A DNA stretch of 64,000 bases from Octopus sinensis. Lineage: Eukaryota. Positions 38,207-53,302 of this stretch are shown here, piece after piece. The first letter of the stretch is position 1. Each line of letters starts with the position of its first letter. The notes under the pieces were generated by a model that did not search any database, was not told the origin of the DNA, and was given only the letters and a program-made list of their open reading frames with translations. A program made the translations under genes and the position numbers. The stretch is taken from positions 94,798,001-94,862,000 of the forward strand of contig NC_042999.1 in assembly GCF_006345805.1 (NCBI RefSeq), given 5' to 3'.

Positions 38207-38554
38207 GTGGGGGATTTATGCATGTATGTTGTCTTCTGTTTTTAATTATTTAAATTCTTCCTCTGATGAAGGAGCTAGTTTCTAACAGAGATATAACGCT
38301 CCATCTTTTGAATGTAGATACTATAAAACAGAAGATAGTTACGTATGTATATACGTACATGTGTATGCGTGTTTGTATGTATGTATGCATGTGTGCATGC
38401 ATCTATTTCCGTAATACTCGGTAACTACTCCGCCATAGATAAAATTAATTTTACAAACGCGCTCAAATATGTGACATCTCATTGTCAGCGGCGGTTAAGA
38501 AATATTACACGGAATTTATCAATTCCGACGGTTACAAGTCCGCCAGCGTGATTA

Positions 38555-38760
38555 TGACTAGGTTTCAAATTTTGTTACCTGTCTTGCAATTTTTAGCAAG
38601 AGGAGGTTAGCCAATTGCATGAACTCAATTGGTATTTAATGTACCAACCCAGAAAGGATAAAAAGTGAAGTTAACTTCAATGGCATTTGAACTGAGGACA
38701 GGAAGAAATGCCACAAAGTACATTATCCGACGCGCTAACAATCGTTGCCTTAGCTATTGC
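38555..38760 (-). mobile_element. Degenerate SINE (48853-49060 family)
   Basis: GGTTTCAAATTTTG...GAAAGGATAAAAAGTGAAGTTAACTTCAATGGCATTTGAACT is a diverged reverse complement of the family. Confidence 0.5.
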
Positions 38761-41700
38761 CAGATAATAACAGCTTCATTTATGTGCGTATATTACATCT
38801 TGCTTATAAACCGAGTGCATTAAAAATGAACACAGTTGAAGCGAAATAAAACTTTTTACTACTGCCATTATATCATATTAGCAATTTCTTTGTCTCTTAT
38901 AATTTACAAAAACGATCAATTAAGTTGAATGTAAGAAATTACTATAATTATAAAAAAATTATATTAGATTTATATTTTTACTTTACACAAAACCGATTTC
39001 GGTGATAATGTAGATTTTTCTCTTTATACAATATTGATAAATTATTTTTTCCACTTTTATGATCTCTGCAGAGTAAATAGCAGATACTGTTTTGATTTGG
39101 TCTCTTATTTTTATCAGTATATCACAACAATTCGTTGTTAAATCTATATTATATTTCAATCTATCATAAAATTGACAATATAGTTTTGGTAAAACTATAA
39201 ATTACATTAGCAATTACTATGAAATTTAGTTTTTGTTATTAATGTATTCATTAGAATGAAGTTAAAAACGCACTGCGTCATCGTTATTCGTCGGCGTCCG
39301 AGCATAAACTAAGTTGTCCAGCATGGTTATGATACTACGTGTGAGTGCCTACGTTTGGCGGTGGATTGGCTAAATCAGTGAATTTTGAGACACAATGCTT
39401 TTCAGTATTTGCTTGAGAACAACGTTCTTCGCATTCGGCAAAAGTCGACATTATCTCTATCTTTCTGCGACGATAGAATAAGTACCAATAAAGTCCTAAG
39501 GTCGTCTGAAATCTGCCATCAAATTTCTGACTTTGTTCCTATATAAGATATTATCAAGTCTACAATAAGAATTCATTTGTATTAAATAAATCGTTATTGT
39601 TAATAAAGAGACCATTAAATCCTGGAAATAGGCTGCATTTTGCATATAAAAAGGGAATATAAAATCACATAAATATGGGGCTGATTCTTGCAAAGAGAAG
39701 GAAATGGCTTTGTTCTATTGAAAAGGAATGAGAGTTGCAAATATGGCATCACAGTCTTCTAAAGGATATGTAGTTTGAAACTCATCACTTTATAACATGG
39801 TACAAATGTCATCAGGGATAATTTTCTTTTCTTTGTTTCTAGGACAAAGTAAAGTAATATAAATTATGTATACAATTACCTGTATATGTTCTATGATGGT
39901 CATTAACTCTTCAAGGAAAACTTCATGCAGACCATTCCGGTTGTGATAACTTTACGTAAGAGTTTAAAAGTTGCAGGCTGTTACATTCTAAGAGAAAGGA
40001 TTGAGTGCCTGACAATATAGATACTTTATACTACTTGATTTTGACGGTTAACATTCGAAATATATATAAATTATTGATTTGGGATTTAGATGAATAACTA
40101 TGTCTATTTGTATTACAAATTGATCGTCTCTTCACTTAAGATGTATCTAAAACTAAATATGGAAACTATTTTTATAAAAACAATTTTCAAAGCATTTGAA
40201 AAAAAATTTCTTCCGTCAATATCCCTTTTTCTAAGGGGAGAAATTTTCGTGATTCTCTATCAGTATAATTAAATTTAATATTCATTAAAAGAAATACAAA
40301 TTGCTTGTGATTATGTTAAATAAAACATAACTAATAAGAGGGTAAACTTCAGAAACACAAAGTACGTGCGGTGTAAACGTTACTATATCAAAAGCGTATC
40401 ATTTGATAATCTTCACTGGCGTAGGTGATGTTTTGGCAAACCTTTCTAAACCGTGGTTTAATATTTGTTTGCTGATATTCTTATGGAGGGTTCTGTGTTA
40501 ATAACTTTGGAGCTGTTCGTTGTAAAAGCTGAAAATGTATATTCATATAAATGCGAATATTAATGTTAGAAGCGCTGTCATTGAAATTTTGAATAATAGA
40601 AATTCTTATTTTACAAGCAGTTAAGAAAACCCAGATCTATTTCCGCAATTCAGTTCTGAGAGATGAATTTTATAATATCTTCTACAACATTCAAAGATAT
40701 TTCATCTGCTACATTGCTATAATTAATGAGATTTTCAGCGATTCGTTATAATTATTTACAACAGAAATAAGTACATTTACTGAAAAGATTTTTCGTATGT
40801 AGGAAATTTTAGATTATGATCTACTTAATCGAATCAAAAATCCGTTCACTTTATAAATACCATTTTCACAATATGAAAACTATTCAGATTCATTATTTCG
40901 TACTGTACATTTCCGTAGGCTTATTTCTTTCATGAACATTTCAGCTCCACTTTTCAAAGTAATATATTTATTAAGTTCTCTAATTTTTTTCCAGATAACA
41001 TAGTCTTCACAAATAATTCATATCTGGAAAGAATTCAGCAAAATGAGAATTTTTTAAGGTAAAAAAACATCATAATTTCTTTGATTTTCAAGTCTACTAG
41101 ACGTTTTAAAACGCATCCAGTTGGCGCCCGGCTATATTCAGTGAAACGATTATACGCTGGTTATTTTAACTACGTTTAGCGCTGAAATATCTCTAACTCT
41201 GATGCTGCGTGAATTAACTTTACACTGAAATCTTGTTTTTCCTTGCTATTGCACCTGTGCCGATGTTAAACAAAAATACATTTAATAAATTCTGTATCAC
41301 TTTCATTAAAACTGGCCACCTTTGAGGAAAACATATTCACCAACTCAGGACAACGAATCTTGTCCAGATTTCATACGAATTCGAGACATATCAATAGTTG
41401 AGCAACATTGGTAATGACTACCGATTTCAAACATTGTTTAATGTTATTTTTTAAATATATTTTTCAAACCTTGTCCTCTAACGAGGAACTTTCTCATTTT
41501 CTCCACATTTTGTGAATAAATGTCCATGATTCTATAGGTCTTCATCTATATCTTTGTTTTTTCAATTATGTATGGGGTTTCATGTGATTTTTGTAATCAT
41601 TTTACTTGAACTATTATATGCTATTTTTTCTTTTTCAAAACCATACATATGTACTTTCTTAGCCTTTATTGATCTTTTGAATAACGTGAAACATTAGCCG

Positions 41701-41964
41701 GAAAACATATCTCGTGTAACGTTGAGTTCACTTTCATATGGCAATTTATGTTGGTACTAGGTTATTTTACAGATTCAATCGTTTGTATAAATTTTTTCAA
41801 TACTTTAAGAAAAATTAACTAATAGCTTTACGATAAATCTTAAAACTATAACTAATGTTAAAATGGGTTTGAATATTAATATATTTAAATTATATAATTA
41901 ATTCAAAATTAAAATATTTAAAACTTTGTAATTATTTAATCAGTTTTATTTTCTACAAACTTAC

Positions 41965-42205
41965 TTTAGAAATTGGTAATGCTTCTCGATAGCACTGCCA
42001 GGCCAGAGATCTTTGGTGATTGTCCGTAGGTCCCGGCCCGAAAGTTATCCTGAACAGGCGGGTCAGGTGTCTCTCGTCGACGCCCAGATTCTGCCCGAGA
42101 GCGCCGTCGCACCTCCTCTCCACTAATCCTCTATAGAACGCCTTTGTTGTAATGAAGTCGCACAAATTTGGTCCCGGACGGCAGAGTTGCTTCAGAGCAG
42201 CAAAA
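41965..42205 (-). mobile_element. Probable L1/Tx1-clade LINE ORF2 C-terminal fragment (start of a zf-RVT-like region)
   Basis: GC-rich island in AT-rich DNA; open frame ALKQLCRPGPNLCDFITTKAFYRGLVERR...DNHQRSLAWQCYREALP. The W..Y..ALP motif resembles the zf-RVT entry motif (from memory, not searched). Confidence 0.55.
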
Positions 42206-43505
42206 TAATTTTGATAATTGACATAAAAATTCAGGTCGACTCCTGTATTACTCTAAAATTTGACAATGCTATACCAGTAATATCTTCAAGTTGATTAAAG
42301 GTATCAAAAACCTGTTCAAGAATTGTGTGCTCTGAAACTTTAGACGGAATCAGTGCCTCATTGATATATTTAAGATAATTATTAAACCCTCACAATTTCT
42401 TATTACATGAAATGAAATTTCTCTTACGTCATGAATTACTCCTGTTAAAATGCAAACAAAACAATTCACATTGTTCTATTTCCTAAGTCCTACTAGTTAA
42501 AATAATCGACTAACTGGTGGCTTTTCCGTTGGCCTCAACGATGAGCATTTAGTTTTTCATCCAAATTTCTACTGATACAATTCATATGTAAGCATTTCAA
42601 TTCCTCAAACAAGAGTGTGGTTAATAGATATCTAAGGTCAATACAAAGTGATACAATATGGCAAGGCCATTCATTTGAATAATATGTACGATCCAGAGAT
42701 AAAATGATGTGGAAAGCAATTTGACCCAATATTCTTTTACTGTTCCGAAACCTGATAAATATAAATGACCTCAGTCAAATATCCGGAATGGGCATGGCGA
42801 GATATATTATTCGATGCTCTGAGACTGCCAATTTGTAACCTTAATTTAATGATTTATATATTACTGAAATGCTTGAGACTAACGTACACTACCACTATGT
42901 TCTATATGCAAACTGGGTTTGGTTAAAAAGCTAAATATAATAAAGGAAAGCATTCAATAAGAGAATTGCTAGAACTTGCTATCACTTGGGGCCAAATATA
43001 TAGTCAAATATGTATATCTACTGAGGCTTCTTTAAAAATATTCATATTAAGTACGACAGTTCAAGAAGGTATTATAAATATATAAAAAAGATTAACAATA
43101 ATATAGGAAGAGGTATTATTATAAAATTATATCATTATAGCACCAAAATAATGTGAAAGATTAGTCTGTGATGGACAATTGTTTTCATTTCATTTTTGTT
43201 ATGGTTATAGCACAGCTGATTTTACAACACTCTTTACAAATTAAAGTAGGGAAAAAAGTTAGTTTTATTTCATTGTCTGTGTGTAAGTCTGTTTTTGTGC
43301 TTACGTGGGGTTGTGTGTATGGTGAGTGTGTGTGTGTACGTCTGGGCTTCGATTTTTTGTTTCTTTTACTTATTCCATTTTTTATGTCAAATTAAATATC
43401 TCTCATACTGTGAAAGAAACAAAAATTATTGAAAACCTAACAGCTACACGGTAAAGGCTCACAATGGGACGCACTCACACAGACACACACACATACACAC
43501 ACATA

Positions 43506-43558
<53 letters not shown>

Positions 43559-43752
43559 CTACATATATGTATGTATACGCTTATGAATTTATTTTGGAAT
43601 GATTCTTGATGTAGAATCATCTGTTAAAACATTGTTATTCTTAGAAATGGTCATCTTTTGCCAATTAAATACACGCAACATGACTGAATACCAACATGAC
43701 TGAATATATAGTGCGTGTATTTAATCAGCAAAAATATGACCCTCCCCAAGTA

Positions 43753-43786
<34 letters not shown>

Positions 43787-43790
<4 letters not shown>

Positions 43791-43898
43791 CCTGCTCGCT
43801 TAGCCAGCGGGGTGGCGTCATTCGAAGGCTAAAACAATGCGAACGCATTGTGACCAGCGATGTGTAGCAACATCTGATGGTCTGGTCGCTCAAGTGAT

Positions 43899-43905
<7 letters not shown>
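43787..43905 (+). mobile_element. 3' tail-only copy of the SINE at 59082-59375
   Basis: TTGGCCTGCTCGCTTAGCCAGCGGGGTGGCGTCATTCGAAGGCTAAAACAATGCG...; flanked by (TA)n. Confidence 0.8.
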
Positions 43906-43952
<47 letters not shown>

Positions 43953-44499
43953 TACATACATACATACATACATATACCCACACACACATATGCATGTGTG
44001 TGTGCGCGCGTGCGTATTTGTTCGTTCCTCTATATATATAATGTATGTTTTAGTTATTTGAATTTTTCTAATATTTTCTAGTTCCTAACAAAGAAAAGGT
44101 CTTCAAGTTTGATTGTATAACCTTAGAATTGCCTATTTCTATGATAGTGCCTTTGAATCTGATTCGGTGTAAGTGTGCTCAGCTAATATAAGATTAACCA
44201 ACAAAGAAACCATAGAAACCAGTCATATATTTATCTTTTACATCAACAAGACACATCCTTTGATGTGTAGAATAATTCTCTGTGATGAATTCATTAATTT
44301 CGTAGTTTTGATGGACTTTTTTTACCCAATTTGATTGGAAATTTGCATTCGTTTGGCTTGAAACACAACGCTGCAGTTTTCAGTCCCTCATTGCTGTTAT
44401 CACTATTTATCTAGAGGTCAGTTCTAAATAAGCGTAACAATTAACACAAGACAGTTCAACAGTGATTATCAAGTCATTCTGAAATTGAGATATATTGTA

Positions 44500-44935
44500 C
44501 TGTTGCAAATGCATACACTGCATTTATTCATGTCACTGATTAATTTGCGCAGAAAAATCATTAGTACGAGAACATCTCATCTTTGCCCATTGAAAACCTA
44601 TCTAAAATAAAGTTTCTATACGATCGCAGTAGCGGTCCGAAATTGCAGCGTTAATCTCCTCAAATAAAGCTCGCTCTTGTTAAAACAAGCATATTAATTT
44701 AACGACAAGCATATTACTTTGAAACAAGCATATTAATTTAATATGCTTGTTTTAATAAGAGCGAGCTTTATTTGAGGAGATTAAAGCTGCAATTTCGGAC
44801 CGCTGCTGCGATCGTGTAGAAAGTTTATTTTAGATAGGTTTCCAATGGGCAAAGATGAAATGTTCTTATACTAATGATTTTTCTGCGCAAATTCATCAGT
44901 GACATGAATATATGCAGTGTATGCATTTGTAACTG
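44500..44935. mobile_element. Foldback/MITE element with ~195-bp inverted arms (Tc1/mariner-like ends)
   Basis: 44500-44697 is a near-perfect reverse complement of 44738-44935. Left flank TA, right flank AA. Three ACAAGCATATTA sub-repeats lie at the centre. Confidence 0.8.
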
Positions 44936-46349
44936 AACAATCACGAACTTTAAATATTTTCATACGTACAGCGAAAACTAATACAGCACTAAGTTATAAA
45001 TGAGTGTGTACATGTTGAAGCGTGGAGGCGTGTTTCAATGAATGTAGGTATGCATACAAGTATTCAAATACATATATCAATTTCTGCTGTTGACGCCATC
45101 AAAATTATCAATATTTTCGTGAAGGTGTGAAACTGTAATGAATTTTGAACGATAACTGATGTGGAAAGGGAATTTCCAAGAATAATGTGTAAACTTTTCG
45201 TTTATTCCTTTGACGTCCTTTTGTTAATTTTTTTAATATTATTTAATTTAATGCCACGCTCTTTCTTATCTTCACTCATTTTGGAATCTTTTTATTCACC
45301 TCTTTGTCTTTCTCTCTCTTTTCCTCTCCCTTACTCTGAGCACACTACCTTCATTAGCTTTCTTTCTAATTTCTACTCTCTGACCTTTTTCTTCCATTCT
45401 ATCTGTTTTTCTTTCTTTCTATTTGCCACTTTCTCCTTTTACTTTGCTTCCATCTCTACCCCGGCCTTTTTTCTCTGCCGTTCATCATTGTTCTCTCACT
45501 CTCTCCTTTCTGCTCTCGGTATCTCCTTCCAGCCCCTTTTCTCCACTTGACCCTAACTTGTACAGTCAAGCTTCTTCTGGCAATAGTGTCCTTCTTAACC
45601 TCCAGCACTGGGTTCGTTTTGTTCCGCCTTTCGTTCTACTCATGTCTAACTTCTCATCTCTCCTCTTTCCTTCCAGTGATATAGGACATCATTTTCCATT
45701 GCGTTACTTTTGTCTTGTCTGAATGTTGCATAAGAGCCGTACAGCTTTTATTTTGTTTGTATATTTATATTTGCGACACCTACCTGTGCTATGTTCGCTC
45801 ATTATTTCCAGCAGCTTTTGATGCTTTGCCACCGAAATGAACAATGTTATCGTTAAAAGCATGAAACTGTAAAATTATAATGATTTTAGGAGGTAACTGA
45901 CGTGGAAAGAGCACGTTCGTATGTTGTAAGGTTTCTGTTTCTTCTTTTGACTTCCCTCCGTTTGTGCATATACACACACACACATATACATATGTGTGTA
46001 CATGTGTCTGTGAGTGTGTCTCCATGTGTGCGTGCGCGTGTGTTAGTTTGTACGTATATGTGTCAACCTCATCAGCATTTGAACTCACAACATAAAGTCG
46101 GCAGGAACAAGAATCAAACGATAATATAATTGAAAAGAAGAAATGAAATACGTGTCCTCCCTCGTTACGGTCTACGACAGATTATGAGAGCCAGAGAAGT
46201 AATTATAAGCATGCGGGAAACTATTAGCAGGTAGAGGGGTTACCGATTATTTAAGCAGGGAAACCTAAATAACTATTCACTATTAATATACAGTAAATAT
46301 ATATATATATATGAATGTATGTACGCATATATATATATATAAAACTATA

Positions 46350-46531
46350 CACACACAAAATTAAGAGGAATGACCACCAAAGTGGAGTCCTAATATGCTA
46401 AATATAGATGTCAAATCGCTATTACCACTAAGAGTGTGTCCTCAAGAAAAATTTTGGTAAAACGCCAAAATGTACAAATGAGCAAGACAATTGAAAATAT
46501 ACGTGGTGGTCATTCCTCTTAATTTTGTATG
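46350..46531. mobile_element. Tc1/mariner-type MITE
   Basis: TIRs CA(CA)CACAAAATTAAGAGGAATGACCACCA / TGGTGGTCATTCCTCTTAATTTTGTATG, with TA on both sides (46348-49 and 46532-33). Confidence 0.75.
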
Positions 46532-47757
46532 TAATACAATTTTTAATCTTCGGATTTTTAAATATGCTAAGCCACTGGTTTTAATTGATTAACATCAATT
46601 TCTACCCCGATTATTTAATTATATATATATATATATGTAAGTAAATATTTAAATGTTGTGTATGTTTCCATTAGTAAACCGATGAGGCACGTTCACTGAT
46701 GTCATCCAGGATATACATACAATTATCGCTAGATCTGCGATCTACATCGGAAATCCCCTTCTAACATCACCTGAGGGATGCACCACATCCAGTTGTATAA
46801 TATTCCACCCGCGAGGGAGAGATGCAGGATGCGTTGAAATGACCGTTGTGAGCAATAAGGTTTCTTGTATATGCCATTTTCCGTCTCTATGATAGTTATG
46901 TACATATAATTACTTTAAATTATAAATGCTAATTTAAAGATTTGAACACTAGAAAAATTTAGGTAGTAGTAACATGTTTGGGTCTTTATTTACCTCACAT
47001 CGACTGTTCCATTCATACTTAAGTGCCACTAGTTTAGGATTACGATATTAATCCTGAGTAAATATAATATATTTTTAATATACAAAATTGTAAAGACCCT
47101 ATGCTCGCACACTTTCTGACTTATTGGAGCTACACAGTTGCATTCTTCAACCAAACCTTTCATTTATATAAAGCTCTATTTATCTTGCATAAATGTATAG
47201 CCATTAAAATCTACACTTACTATTAGAAGCAATCATCTTTTTCTAACTTCAAAATCATGTGATTGTTAAAATACCTTGTTACTATAATTTGAAACATCAC
47301 TGACACATCATTGTTTCGTGCTTCATTGCTTATAACATTAGCTCCTTTCCTCAGCGTTAATTTTGTTATTGTTTATCCCCCATAAACCCCCAAACATTAT
47401 CAGTTCTTAGTAAACATACTTTCACTATAATTTAGCTATTGTACTGAAATCATATAATTCTGTTGTGAAAAGCATACGAGCTTTGATAATTACTTCTGCT
47501 TTGTGACTCAACAGTTAGTCGAAAGTTTAACTTGAATTTATCTATTATTTTGATACCATTTTTTATATTTACCACACGGAGTGGTAGGGGTTGTTAATGT
47601 CCAAACCTTACGCTTCATTAGGCTTACGACTTTTACAATACATACTTTTATTTTCACTTAAGCTTTCAATGTGTGTATATCCGTTTTCTACCTTAGCCTA
47701 TTTGCTAAAATATTTTTACGCCTTAATTCTCGACTTCATACATTATTATTGATATAT

Positions 47758-47802
<45 letters not shown>

Positions 47803-48221
47803 TATATATAAATTAATAAATAAAACATATGCATATATACATACATATATGTACGTAACTACCTCTACATATACATACATATATGGGTACAGGACACCAA
47901 AAAAACGTCGAACACAATGAGCAACGAAAACATAAACACAAAACCAAGGAAATGGACATTTTGCTTAGACAACGAAAAAATAGAGTACAGGACATACAAA
48001 ACAAGGAAAATTCCCCTTCTTCAGTCGCCTTTGTTTCATCTACTCCACGTTTCGAAGGTCATGGCGATACATGACTTTAATGAAACTTTCTTTCCCGCGA
48101 AATTCAAATTAAATAAAATTCGAGATTTTTTTGCGGAGGGGTAAAAATAGTAACAAAAACAGGACAGTAACGACAGTACAAAATATAAACAGTAAAATAC
48201 AGGACACAGAGAATAACAGTA

Positions 48222-48224
<3 letters not shown>

Positions 48225-48315
<91 letters not shown>

Positions 48316-48329
48316 ATATATATATATAT

Positions 48330-48416
<87 letters not shown>
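48225..48416. repeat. (TA)n followed by (GATA)n microsatellite
   Basis: Direct inspection. Confidence 0.95.
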
Positions 48417-48852
48417 TATTCATACCTATATCAATACATGCACACACACACCTATATGTGGATGTAAGAGTGCGATTAATAGAATATTTTAAAACACCAC
48501 TGAATTTGTAGCCGAATAATGTAAATCTTGAAACAAGCAGAAGTGAGATTAGCGATTGTTAGAACCTTTAATTTCTTTTAATTCTTTCTTTTTAGAATGA
48601 CATACTGTTTTTCAAAATTTCAAAATAATCTTACCGTCTCATGTAAATCAAACTTGTTTCCCATTTAGCTAATACAATGTATAGAAATCATTTAATTCCC
48701 AAACAGAAAATGTTTTGAAATCTTTCCATAAGTGTCTGTTTGATTTATTTCTTTCGCATGTATTTGCTAAGTAAACGGAGTGTGTGACAATTCCAATATT
48801 ACGCATTGCTTGGTCATGTGCCAAAAATTGAAACCAATATTACGCATTGCGA

Positions 48853-49060
48853 TAAGACGGTGAGCTGGCAGAATCATTACTGTGCCGGACAAAATATTTA
48901 GCGACATGTTCTTCCGGCTTTACGTTCAAATGTCACCGAGGTCAATTTTGCTTTTCATTCTTTCGGAGTCGATGAAAGAATTACTTGTTAAGCACTAGGG
49001 TTGATGGAATCGACTTCCCTCGAAATTGCTGGGTTTGTGCCAAAATTTGAGACCAATATT
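48853..49060 (+). mobile_element. tRNA-derived SINE with a conserved core (possibly Meta-domain-like)
   Basis: GGTGAGCTGGCAGAATC head, GTTCAAAT B-box-like motif, TTTTGCTTTTCATTCTTTCGGAGTCGAT core, GTGCCAAAATTTGAGACCAATATT tail. Confidence 0.75.
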
Positions 49061-49455
49061 ACACACGGCTACGTCTCCATAATCAGTATATTTTTGGTCA
49101 CTATTAACTCATCAGTCATGCCTATAACAAGACACACAGACATAAAATTTACTTTTCCCTTAAGATAAGATCAGCAAAAATATGATTCCATCTGGTGACA
49201 GATCAATAGTTTGATGGACACAGTATATAGGATTATTCATTTAAGTCTACTGGTTGAACTACAGCAACGTTATAAGAATTGTCTGATATTTATTAGAGAA
49301 TTACTCTATTCATTGATGACGAGCTTTCACATTTAATTTTACTATGTAAATTTTGACATCGACGCCGAAATTTTGTTTCCTTTGGCTTCGTCAGGCTAAC
49401 CATTTATTTATGTATGTGGTTGTGTTTATGCGGATATAGATAAATAAACAGACAA

Positions 49456-49518
<63 letters not shown>

Positions 49519-49519
49519 C

Positions 49520-50894
<1,375 letters not shown>

Positions 50895-51249
50895 TCTCGC
50901 ATATATGATTTAACATAACGAATTGGAATTGCAATCATGAACTCCCCCAAAACATATCACAGACCAACGGAAACCAAAATAAAACAGAATAAAATAGCAA
51001 GTTAGATGATAGATTAACTTTATACCTATCGCTTATTCTTTCCCACTTCCCAAGCATGATCAATAAAACTTTGAAGTGATATTGTGTAAAAGTGAAATTA
51101 TTGCCCAAAGAAAATGTTTTGCACGATCTCTTCAGCAACCACGAAGATAATACGCGCATTAAAATCGTCAAAAACTCATTTCAATCTTTCAATAGAACAG
51201 AAAATGTTGAGCTGAAAATTAAAGAAAACACGAAATTCTTGTAAACCAG

Positions 51250-51660
51250 ACGAAAAATCGAAACTGTACGGGTCAAGGAGTGCGGCAAACATTCTGACCC
51301 TGTTCTAACCGATCGGAAGCAGCTACAACAGATTGACAACTACCAACAAGCATCTAGAAATACATTAGCTTCGCCATCTGACTTCATTCCATCTAAAGAC
51401 ACTGGTTGACACCTAGCTCCTTCAAACAGGGAAGACCTTAAACTCTGCTCATATTAAGAAAACTGTAGTGCACCTCATCCCCCTCGCACATGAGTGGAAC
51501 TCAGCTAGCATGTTCACATTCGCTGCACAACGCTGCGTCTCACTGTCACATTTGACGGTTCATGTTTGGCGGAACCATTCACAACCTAGTTAGGATCGCA
51601 TCACAAACTCTGGACATTCTTTTCAGGATCAAAGTATATATCAGCCCCCAAAACGCGGGT
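51250..51660 (+). mobile_element. Heavily decayed LINE RT fragment (CR1/Jockey-like)
   Basis: IHNLVRIASQTLDILFRIKVYISP (ORF 51562..51816) resembles the post-RT HI..I...AS..LG.L.R motif; slightly GC-richer than its flanks. Confidence 0.4.
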
Positions 51661-51662
51661 CA

Positions 51663-51698
<36 letters not shown>

Positions 51699-52463
51699 AG
51701 AGACACACACATATGCGAGATATGTATCTATATATATATGTACATATGTATTTATTTATTTATTATACATGTGTGTGTATATATATATATATATGAATAT
51801 ATGTATGTATGTTTGATGTATGTATATTTACATACTAATATACTGGACATAAATATATGTATAAATACTCACATAATTACATACATTTATATATATGTAT
51901 ACACACTGACACACATATATATGCATATATGAATGTATGCATACTTATACAGGTGTGTGTGTGAGCGCAATGTAGAACATTATCGTCCTCTTGAAGTGTA
52001 TTAAGCCAGATTCATGATACAGTGTTGTTCTTTTTTTACTTCAGACACTCAGATTCTCCTTTTCTTAATGATATATTTATTTTCAACAATTCTCGATTAT
52101 TGAAATAATCACCCTTTCTCAACTGCAGTTGTTTCTAATCGCTACCAACCAATTTGTCTATCAGGCGTATGTAACTTGTGCCTTGAGGAAGCCTTATGCA
52201 TCCTATTAAGTAATGAAAACCTGGTAAACAAGCATGCTGAGAAAATACTGGGAAGTCCGCACCGCGTCTAATGTGCACTTTCAAGATTCAGCACTGTGAA
52301 ATAATAATATTCCAGGGAACTTTCTCCCGCTTGTATTCTCCGCTATCAAAGTGTGTGTGTGTCGGGTTGAATTTCTGTCTATATAGAAATTTCTGTCTGA
52401 ATATATGCATTGTAAACGCGCGTTTACAATGCATGAATGTATGTACCTACCTAAGTCAATATG

Positions 52464-52497
<34 letters not shown>

Positions 52498-53043
52498 GTG
52501 TGTGTGTGTATGAGAGAGAGAGAGAGAGAGAGTGTAAGAGAGAGAGAGAGAGAGAGAGAGAGTGTATGTGTGTAAGTGTGTGTATGCACACACGAGCATA
52601 CGTGTATGATTATGCTTGTGAGTTTATGTATGTACATATATTCATATATGTGTATGTATGTGAGTGCGCGGACATATCCGCATTTGTGTGCGTGTGGGTA
52701 TATCCGTATGTATGAACGTATGTGTATATGTATACATACGTATGTATACGTATATGTATATTTATATACATATGTATGTATAAAGATAGATTGATAGATA
52801 GACAGATAGATATGTATGTATGTATCTATGCGTGTGCGTTTGTATGCGTGTATGAGTCCGACCGTTGAATCTTAAAGGCCAGCTAAGGACAATCGCATGT
52901 GTAACCAGTCATGAAGAACAAATCAGCAGTACAAAGAAATAAAATACCAATCCCTTCAAAATGGCAACTACTTTAACAGGACCAGAATCACCATTCCACC
53001 ATATATCAATTATATACATATATAAATAAATACACACAGACGT

Positions 53044-53099
<56 letters not shown>

Positions 53100-53179
53100 A
53101 TATATATAATATATATTGATAGAAATGTTAAGACAACAAAAGAATGAAAGAGACCTCGATATTATGTAAATAGAGGATT

Positions 53180-53302
53180 TATCTGTAAATGTAATATGTG
53201 ACAATTATTCGGAAGCCATGATAAACCTCCGAGTTTCGGATGTCGGGTTGGAAATCCACCCCGACATGGCTACCGAATAATTGTCACATATTACATTTTC
53301 AG

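Noticed and set aside
38230-38337. CTGATGA-AGGAGC..GCTCC inside an 11-bp inverted repeat
   Set aside because: No GAAA core or stem III.
42200-42760. Strong-looking minus-strand acceptors (TTTTAACAG, TTTATCAG) with short downstream frames
   Set aside because: All frames hit stops before a convincing donor; an exon cannot be supported.
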